A stretch of DNA of 32,000 nt from an uncultured bacterium (GTDB taxonomy: Bacteria > Margulisbacteria > WOR-1 > CAVSGV01): the NCBI GenBank assembly GCA_963699255.1, contig OY969425.1:1230001-1262000 (forward strand). Direction: 5' to 3'. The first letter of the stretch is position 1. Every line of letters starts with the position of its first letter. Of this stretch, positions 19,385-27,800 are shown one piece after another. Below the pieces are notes generated by a model, which had not been told where the DNA came from, made no database searches, and saw only the letters and a program-made list of their open reading frames with translations. A program made the translations under genes and the position numbers.

Positions 19385-22300
19385 TTACTTTCCTTTCTTT
19401 TTATCTTGCACAGGAACCAGCGGAGGAATATCCGCGCGCACGGCTTCAACTCTCCAGTAGAATTTCTGGGAGGGGTTTCCGTCGGAGGTGGTGCTGACTG
19501 TAAATTTGCAGTTCTCGATCTTGCCTGCAACATAGAGCGGGGAATATCCGTCCACACAGGTCAGCTGGACAGTTCGCCCTTCTTTTCTGGTGAGGGCTTC
19601 AAAATATTCCGGCAGCTGTATTTCTTTCTTTGAACCGGACAGTTGGTCCTCACCCCGATAAAAGACCGCGTGTTCCGGACCCTCCAATGCGCCGTGAACT
19701 AATGTTTTGTTTTTCGGATCCAGCGGGTCAGGTATCTCAAAGTTCTTGTAGGTCGCGGCAAATCCGCCGGCAACCTGAAGCGTGTATTGTGGATTTGTCG
19801 TCCCGATGCCGACGTTGCCGCCTACAAAATAAGAATTACCGGAACGATTCAAAACAAATTTATCAACACCAGTTTGACCAATGGTAAGGCCACCTAGACC
19901 ATCGTAAACCATTTCATAATAGTTGGTGCCGCCATCAGTCAAACGAATACCATATCCGTAATTAGCTCCTGACCCGTTGACAGTTAGCTTCGCTCCCGGA
20001 CTCGTCGTCCCGATGGCCACGCGGCCGCTGTTGTAGTAAATATCACTTCCGCTCGTGCCCCATTGACCTGAAGGCCAAGAAGTTCTAGGAACCCCGCCAA
20101 GGGTAAGACCGTTTGTGTCAATTTTAACTGTGCCAGTGGTATTTGCACAGTTACTCGCAATTCTACACAGATCCGCATAGTTCGCGTCCCTCGCATGACC
20201 CGTACATGTGCTAGCTACCGATGATAATATTGCGTAATTTGCCTGCTTGGTACACAAGGTCGATATCCCGCTCAATACTGCATAGTTCGAGTCATTTGCA
20301 TGACCCGTACATGTGGTAGCTACTGATGATAATAACGCGTATGTTGCCTGCTTGGTACACAAGGTCGATATCCCGCTCAATACTGCATAGTTCGAGTCAT
20401 TTGCATGACCCGTACATGTGGTAGCTACTGATGATAATAACGCGTATGTTGCCTGCCTGGTACACATGGTAGATGTTCCACTCAGATCTGCATAGTTTGC
20501 ACTCTTAGCATTACCTGTACAGACACTTGATATCCCTGATAGGGCCGCATACGGTGCTGATCCTGTACATACAGATGCTATGCCACTCAACGCCGCATAG
20601 TTCGCACTCTTCGCACTACCTGTACAGACACTTGATATCCCTGATAGGGCCGCATACGGTGCTGATCCTGTACATACAGATGCTATGCCACTCAACGCCG
20701 CATAGTTCGCACTCGTCGCATTACCTGTACAGACACTTGATATCCCTGATAGGGCTGCATACGGCGCTGATCCACTACAGCTGGATGCTATTCCACTAAG
20801 ATTTGCATAGTTCGCACTCGTCGCATTACCTGTACAGACACTTGATATCCCTGATAGGGCTGCATACGGCGCTGATCCACTACAGCTGGATGCTATTCCA
20901 CTAAGATTTGCATAGTTCGCACTCTTCGCGCTACCCGTACAAATACTTGATATTCCTGACAGTGCTGCATACGGCGCTGATCCACTACAGCTGGAGGCTG
21001 TTCCACTCAATGCCGCATAGTTCGCGCTATTCGCGCTGCCTGTACATATACTTGATATCCCTGATAGTGTTGCATATATAGCATTAGTGCTCGTGGTCGA
21101 TGTCCCGCTCAATACTGCGTAGCTGACGGTTCCTGTACACCTGGACGATGTTCCGCTTAGATCTGCATACTTTACAGAGCCGGTACAAGTGGATGCGGTT
21201 CCACTCAATACTGCATAGTTAACAGTCCCGGTACAAGTAGATGCTGTTCCGCTTAACACTGCATAATTAACAGATCCCGTACAAGTGGATGCGGTCCCAC
21301 TTAATACTGAATAGTTGGAAGTATTCGCATTACCTGTACATACACTTGATATTCCTGATAGTGCTGCATACGGCGCTGATCCTGTACATATAGATGCTGT
21401 TCCACTCAATGCGGCATAGTTCGCACTATTCGCACTGCCTGTGCATACACTTGATGTCCCAGATAGATCCGCATACTTAGTCGATCCTGTGCAGACAGAT
21501 GCGGTCCCACTCAATACCGCATAATTGGATGTATTTGCACTACCTGTACAAATGCTTGATGTGCCTGATAGTGTTGCATACGGCGCTGATCCGGTACATA
21601 CAGATGCTGTTCCGCTCAATGCGGCATAGTTCGCACTATTCGCACTGCCTGTACAAATGCTTGATGTCCCTGATAGTGTTGCATAAACAGCATTAGTGCT
21701 GGTGGTCGATGTGCCACTCAATACTGCGTAGCCAGCTGTTTTAGCATTGCCTGAACATGTACTTGATATCCCAGACAGATCCGCATACTTAGTCGATCCT
21801 GTACAGACAGATGCGGTCCCACTTAATACTGAATAGTTGGAAGTATTCGCATTACCTGTACATACACTGGATGTCCCTGATAGTGCTGCATACTTGGTTG
21901 ATCCGGTACAGCTTGATGCTGTCCCGCTCAATACTGCATAGTTTGATGTATTCGCATTTCCTGTACAGACACTTGATGTCCCCGATAGATTTGCATAAAT
22001 AGCATTAGTGCTGGTGGTCGACGTCCCGCTCAATACCGCATAGTTGGATGTATTAGCATTACCTGTGCAGACACTTGATGTACCTGATAGTGTTGCATAA
22101 GGGACAGATCCTGTACATGTAGATGCTGTTCCACTCAATACCGCGTAATTGACGGTCCCTGTACACAGGGATGCGGTCCCGCTCAACACAGAGTAATTCG
22201 ATGTATTCGCGTTGCCTGTGCATACACTGGATGTACCTGATAGTGCTGCATACTTGGTTGATCCGGTACAGCTTGATGCTGTCCCGCTCAATACTGCATA

Positions 22301-24430
22301 GTTTGATGTATTCGCGCTACCCGTACAAACACTTGATGTCCCAGATAGTGTTGCATAAATAGCATTAGTGCTGGTGGTCGATGTACCACTCAATACTGCG
22401 TAGCCAGCTGTTTTAGCATTACCTGTGCAGACACTGGATGTCCCCGATAGATCCGCATACTTAGTCGATCCTGTACAGACAGATGCTGTTCCACTCAATA
22501 CTGCATAGTTAACAGTCCCGGTACACAGGGATGATGTCCCGCTCAACGCAGAGTAGTTTGATGTATTCGCATTTCCTGTACAGACACTTGATGTCCCTGA
22601 CAGTGCCGCATAATTGGTTGATCCCGTACAGACAGATGCTGTGCCGCTCAACACAGAGTAGTTCGATGTATTAGCATTACCTGTGCACACACTGGATATA
22701 CCTGATAGTGCTGCATAAATAGCATTAGTGCTGGTGGTCGATGTACCACTCAATACTGCGTAGCCAGCTGTTTTAGCATTACCTGTGCAGACACTGGATG
22801 TCCCCGATAGATCCGCATACTTAGTCGATCCTGTACATGTGGATGCTGTTCCACTCAATACTGCATAGTTAACAGTCCCGGTACACAGGGATGATGTCCC
22901 GCTCAACGCAGAGTAGTTTGATGTATTCGCATTTCCTGTACAGACACTTGATGTCCCTGACAGTGCCGCATAATTGGTTGATCCCGTACAGACAGATGCT
23001 GTGCCGCTCAACACAGAGTAGTTGGATGTATTAGCATTACCTGTGCACACACTGGATATACCTGATAGTGCTGCATAAATAGCATTAGTGCTGGTGGTCG
23101 ATGTCCCGCTCAATACCGCATAATTGACAGTCCCTGTACACAGGGATGCGGTCCCGCTCAACACAGAGTAATTCGATGTATTCGCACTGCCTGTGCATAC
23201 ACTGGATGTACCTGATAGTGTTGCATAAGGGACAGATCCTGTACAAATAGATGCTGTCCCACTCAACGCAGAGTAGTTTGATGTATTCGCATTTCCTGTA
23301 CAGACACTTGATATACCTGACAGTGCTGCATAATTGGTTGATCCGGTACAAATAGATGCTGTTCCACTCAATGCTGCATACTTTACTGATCCCGTACAGA
23401 CAGATGCTGTTCCGCTCAACACAGAGTAGTTCGATGTATTAGCATTACCTGTGCACACACTGGATATACCTGATAGAGCTGCATAATTAGTTGATCCGGT
23501 ACAGCTTGATGCTGTTCCACTTAATGCTGCATAGTTGGATGTACTCGCGCTACCTGTACATATACTGGATATACCTGATAGATTTGCATAAGTGACAGAC
23601 CCTGTACAACTGGATGCTGTTCCACTCAATACTGCATACTTTACTGATCCCGTACATGCGGATGATGTTCCGCTTAACACTGCATAGTTAACAGTCCCTG
23701 TACAGGCTGATGCTGTCCCACTCAATACCGCATAGTTTGATGTATTCGCACTGCCTGTGCATACACTTGATATCCCCGATAAAGCTGCATACTTTACCGA
23801 TCCCGTACACGCGGATGATGTTCCGCTCAATGTCGCATAGTTCGCGGTTACTGATACTGATGTGGAGGTCACATTGATAAGCGCCGAGCCATCTCCGTAA
23901 TATTTACCTGTCGACCCCTCTATGGATGCTCCCATAGCTCCCACCTTAAGATTCCCTGTTATATTGGCGTTTGCCGTTTGCGCTTCCGTTGTGTTCATGA
24001 TGTACCTTAGATCCGCATCTCCCTCTGAGATACCTCCTCCTCCTCCACCCATCCCCGATTCTGATGATATCGCCCTGAACGCGTACGGTGCCGCCGCCAG
24101 CAGCTGGTGCGGCGTCATGTCTTCTCCTCCAACGTTCAGCCCGATCTCATACTGATTGCTGAAATCTACGCTAGTGGGAATAGGACCCAGCATTTCATTG
24201 ATGTTCCCCTGACTGTCAGGAGTAACCGTTGATGTCTGCGACCACAGCGATGTCCCGCTGGATGAATCGTACAGCGTGAAGATTATCACCTTGGGGTCTG
24301 TGATAGGCAGGCCGCTTGTTTTGTCCAGTAACCTACCTTGAAAATATATGGTGCGGGGGATAGCTGCAAGAACGGAGAAAGATAATATCGTCAGGAAAAC
24401 AAAGAAAAAGAAAAACACCTTTTTTTGCAT
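19385..24430 (-). CDS. Giant Cys-rich repeat surface-fibre candidate, paralogue 2 (1681 aa) with a distinct 'KNFEIPDPLDP...FYWRVEAVRAD' C-terminal domain
   Basis: Same signal peptide and N-terminal ~350 aa as paralogue 1; repeat array; VGIGTTNP motif; unique end KNFEIPDPLDPKNKTLVHGALEGPEHAVFYRGEDQL...QLTCVDGYSPLYVAGKIENCKFTV. Confidence 0.93.
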   Translation of the reverse strand: MQKKVFFFFFVFLTILSFSVLAAIPRTIYFQGRLLDKTSGLPITDPKVIIFTLYDSSSGTSLWSQTSTVTPDSQGNINEMLGPIPTSVDFSNQYEIGLNVGGEDMTPHQLLAAAPYAFRAISSESGMGGGGGGISEGDADLRYIMNTTEAQTANANITGNLKVGAMGASIEGSTGKYYGDGSALINVTSTSVSVTANYATLSGTSSACTGSVKYAALSGISSVCTGSANTSNYAVLSGTASACTGTVNYAVLSGTSSACTGSVKYAVLSGTASSCTGSVTYANLSGISSICTGSASTSNYAALSGTASSCTGSTNYAALSGISSVCTGNANTSNYSVLSGTASVCTGSVKYAALSGTASICTGSTNYAALSGISSVCTGNANTSNYSALSGTASICTGSVPYATLSGTSSVCTGSANTSNYSVLSGTASLCTGTVNYAVLSGTSTTSTNAIYAALSGISSVCTGNANTSNYSVLSGTASVCTGSTNYAALSGTSSVCTGNANTSNYSALSGTSSLCTGTVNYAVLSGTASTCTGSTKYADLSGTSSVCTGNAKTAGYAVLSGTSTTSTNAIYAALSGISSVCTGNANTSNYSVLSGTASVCTGSTNYAALSGTSSVCTGNANTSNYSALSGTSSLCTGTVNYAVLSGTASVCTGSTKYADLSGTSSVCTGNAKTAGYAVLSGTSTTSTNAIYATLSGTSSVCTGSANTSNYAVLSGTASSCTGSTKYAALSGTSSVCTGNANTSNYSVLSGTASLCTGTVNYAVLSGTASTCTGSVPYATLSGTSSVCTGNANTSNYAVLSGTSTTSTNAIYANLSGTSSVCTGNANTSNYAVLSGTASSCTGSTKYAALSGTSSVCTGNANTSNYSVLSGTASVCTGSTKYADLSGISSTCSGNAKTAGYAVLSGTSTTSTNAVYATLSGTSSICTGSANSANYAALSGTASVCTGSAPYATLSGTSSICTGSANTSNYAVLSGTASVCTGSTKYADLSGTSSVCTGSANSANYAALSGTASICTGSAPYAALSGISSVCTGNANTSNYSVLSGTASTCTGSVNYAVLSGTASTCTGTVNYAVLSGTASTCTGSVKYADLSGTSSRCTGTVSYAVLSGTSTTSTNAIYATLSGISSICTGSANSANYAALSGTASSCSGSAPYAALSGISSICTGSAKSANYANLSGIASSCSGSAPYAALSGISSVCTGNATSANYANLSGIASSCSGSAPYAALSGISSVCTGNATSANYAALSGIASVCTGSAPYAALSGISSVCTGSAKSANYAALSGIASVCTGSAPYAALSGISSVCTGNAKSANYADLSGTSTMCTRQATYALLSSVATTCTGHANDSNYAVLSGISTLCTKQATYALLSSVATTCTGHANDSNYAVLSGISTLCTKQANYAILSSVASTCTGHARDANYADLCRIASNCANTTGTVKIDTNGLTLGGVPRTSWPSGQWGTSGSDIYYNSGRVAIGTTSPGAKLTVNGSGANYGYGIRLTDGGTNYYEMVYDGLGGLTIGQTGVDKFVLNRSGNSYFVGGNVGIGTTNPQYTLQVAGGFAATYKNFEIPDPLDPKNKTLVHGALEGPEHAVFYRGEDQLSGSKKEIQLPEYFEALTRKEGRTVQLTCVDGYSPLYVAGKIENCKFTVSTTSDGNPSQKFYWRVEAVRADIPPLVPVQDKKKGK
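20155..23845 (-). repeat. In-frame coding repeat array in paralogue 2
   Basis: Roughly 70 units of 15-20 codons; includes a higher-order 360-bp array at 21681-23080; boundaries approximate. Confidence 0.95.
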
Positions 24431-24491
24431 AATAACCCTCCTGTGAATATCATGAATATCAATGGATTCCTTACTTGATCCCTAGCGGTAC

Positions 24492-24519
24492 ATTATATTA
24501 TATATATGTGGAATTACAA
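24492..24519 (-). promoter_or_regulatory. Putative promoter of paralogue 2 (TTGTAA-N16-TATAAT)
   Basis: -35 complement ttacaa 24514-24519, -10 complement attata 24492-24497. Confidence 0.6.
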
Positions 24520-24750
24520 TAGACTTTTGGCTCAAAGAAAATAATAAAAACTGTGGGGAAATAATGGTAACCTAGAAGGTTATACATGTCACTAACACAA
24601 TAATAACGATAGGGGGAAATGATTTATTGCTGATGCTATCACTTTTCCCCATGATCTACCATCAAATATCAGTTAAACAGCCACCGCCAGAATGTGTGAG
24701 AGCTATCGCAAGGTATAAGGTGTGTTGACTATGATCCTTATCCCTTGGTT

Positions 24751-24813
24751 CTATTTCGCCTCCAGCTTATCCAGACGGGCTTTCAGCTCTTCATTAACCG
24801 TCTTCTGTTCATC
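24751..24813 (-). pseudogene. Relic of the S74-type C-terminal tail (DEQKTVNEELKARLDKLEAK*) downstream of paralogue 3
   Basis: Matches 13127-13189 over 21 codons including the TAG stop; 3 of the 5 differing codons are synonymous. Confidence 0.85.
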
Positions 24814-24843
24814 ACAAGCAATTCAATTAAATTCTGAAATTCA

Positions 24844-27800
24844 CTAATATTCCACAAGCACAAATCCTTGCGTGCCATTGCCGGCATTATGTTGATAGCC
24901 GCCGGAACCGCCGCCACCGTAGCCATAGGCAGCAGTAACGCTACCATCCTCAAAGTAGAAGCCGCCACCACCAAAAGCGCTTCCGCCGCCTCTACTTGTA
25001 TTTGCGCCGCAAGTATCCTGTCCTCTCCCGCCATTAACGCCGCCGGTACAGTTAGTGCATGTGCCACCATTACCGCCATGGCCACCGTTGCCGCCGGTAT
25101 AGCCGGAGTAGCCAGCGCTACCGCCACCAGCCACATAACTCCCAAAAGATGAATCACCGCCGGGATTCCCCCACTCAGTAGCGCCAAGTTGACCGCCGGT
25201 GCCACCCTGGCCAACACCTACCGAAATACTTGCTCCGGGAGTTACACTCACACTTTCTGCTATAACAGCGGCCCCGCCGCCGCCACCGCCACCGTAATAG
25301 TTGCGGCCTGTGCCGCCGCCACCACCACCACCGCACATTGTAACCCATACTGTTTTCACTCCACTGGGTACAGTGAATGTTCCGCCAGATATGAAACGCT
25401 GTTTGCCGTGTGAAGAAATAAGTGTGCCATTATTATAGATTCCACCTGATGCATTTATCGCTCCGCCCTGAACATCTACTTTATATCCTGGATTCGTCGT
25501 CCCGATTCCGACATTGCCAACAGAATCTATGACCATTGATGTATTTGTAATACCAGTAGTGTAGTTATTTGAGGTTCCAAACATCAATTTTGAACCGCTA
25601 TTATCAAAATAGGCAGCGATCCTGGCGTTTGGATTAGATCCAGAGCTGTACAGGAAATCTATAGGTGTATAACGTCCAGCGGTATAAGCACCGCTCAAAG
25701 AAAGCATACCTCTTGTTGCACCGGTAAATGTTGAAATTTGACTTCCTTCTACATTTAGTTTGGATGCCGGATTTGTCGTCCCGATGCCGACATTGCCGTT
25801 GTTTAGAATTGTTACTCTATCCGAATAATTATCTATATTGCCTTGCGAACTCAGTGTGCGCAAATAAAGATTACCACCTGAAGAACCTCCCCAATCGATC
25901 ACGCCGTTAGCAGAATTATAAACTAAATGGGTCCCGGAAAGCCGAACATTACCGGCAACATCTAATTTAGTTCCTGGACCAGTCGTACCGATGCCGACAT
26001 TGCCGCCTGAAACAAACAAATCATTTGTGTCAACTTTTAAACCGCTTGAGTTCAAATAATACCCGGTGCCGGAACATGCGGTAGCTGTCGCTGATAAAAT
26101 AGCATAATTTGCGCGTACAGAACACACTGTCGATGTTCCACTCAAATCTGCATAGTTAGCATCCCTCGCGTGACCCGTACATATGGAAGCTACCGATGAT
26201 AATATTGCGTAATTTGCCTGCTTGGTACACAGGGTCGATGTCCCGCTCAATGCCGCATAGTTAGCATCTTTCGCATGACCGGTACTGCAATCGCTGGCTG
26301 TCGCTGCTAATAATGCGTATGTCGCCTGCTTCGTACACATGGTCGATGTCCCGCTCAATGCCGCATAACTCGCACTATTCGCACTGCCTGTACAGACACT
26401 CGATGTGCCTGATAAAGCTGCATATGGCGCTGATCCTGTACAGCTGGATGATGTTCCACTCAATGCCGCATAGCTCGCGCTATTCGCACTGCCTGTACAT
26501 ATACTTGATATCCCTGATAGGTTTGCATACTTGACTGATCCAGTACATGCCGATGATATCCCGCTAAGATCCGCGTACTTTACTGATCCTGTACAGGCAC
26601 TGGATGTTCCTGATAACTCCGCATACTTTACAGATCCGGTACAGGCGGATGATGTTCCACTCAATGCCGCATAGCTCGCGCTGTTCGCACTGCCTGTACA
26701 TATACTTGATATCCCTGATAGTGTTGCATATATAGCATTAGTGCTCGTGGTCGATGTCCCGCTTAATACTGCGTAGCTGACGGATCCTGTACACCTGGAC
26801 GATGTTCCGCTTAATGTCGAATAAGAAACAGCCCCAGTACAGCTGGATGATGTTCCACTCAATACTGCATAGTTAACAGTCCCGGTACAAGTAGATGCTG
26901 TTCCGCTTAACACTGAATAATTAACAGATCCCGTACAAGTGGATGCGGTCCCACTTAATACTGAATAGTTGGAAGTATTCGCGCTACCCGTACAAACACT
27001 TGATATCCCTGATAGTGTTGCATAGGAAACCGATCCAGTACATGTGGATGCTGTTCCACTCAATACCGCATAATTAACGGTCCCGGTACACATGGATGCT
27101 GTCCCGCTCAACACAGAGTAGTTGGAAGTATTCGCGCTACCCGTACAAATGCTTGATGTCCCTGATAGTGTTGCATATATAGAATTAGTGCTGGTGGTCG
27201 ATGTCCCGCTTAATACCGCATAGTTAACAGTCCCTGTACACATGGATGCTGTTCCACTTAACACTGCATAGTTGGCACTATTCGCACTGCCTGTACAAAT
27301 GCTTGATGTCCCTGATAGTGTTGCATAAACAGCATTAGTGCTGGTGGTCGATGTGCCACTCAATACTGCGTAGCCAGCTGTTTTAGCATTGCCTGAACAT
27401 GTACTTGATATCCCAGACAGATCCGCATACTTAGTCGATCCTGTGCAGACAGATGCGGTCCCACTCAATACCGCATAATTGGATGTATTTGCACTACCTG
27501 TACAAATGCTTGATGTGCCTGATAGTGTTGCATAAATAGAATTAGTGCTGGAGGTTGATGTCCCGCTCAATACCGCATAGTTAACAGTCCCTGTACACAT
27601 GGATGCTGTTCCGCTTAACACTGAATAATTAACAGATCCCGTACAAGTGGATGCTGTCCCACTCAACACAGAGTAGTTGGATGTATTAGCGCTACCTGTA
27701 CAGACGCTTGATATACCTGATAGTGCTGCATAATTGGTTGATCCGGTACAGACAGATGCTGTTCCACTCAATGCTGCATAGTTGGATGTATTAGCGCTGC

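Noticed and set aside
20527-20799. + strand and alternate-frame ORFs across the arrays (e.g. 16236..16502, 20527..20799, 21499..21696, 23085..23351, 27813..28004)
   Set aside because: They are by-products of the repeated codon pattern with no stop in other frames; compositions are implausible (MISLIGPHTVLILYIQ...) and there is no domain signature.
24783-25217. 144-aa minus-strand ORF overlapping the end of paralogue 3
   Set aside because: Out-of-frame reading of the glycine-rich GC-biased segment (Ala/Val-rich low complexity); the glycine-rich frame is contiguous with the real gene.
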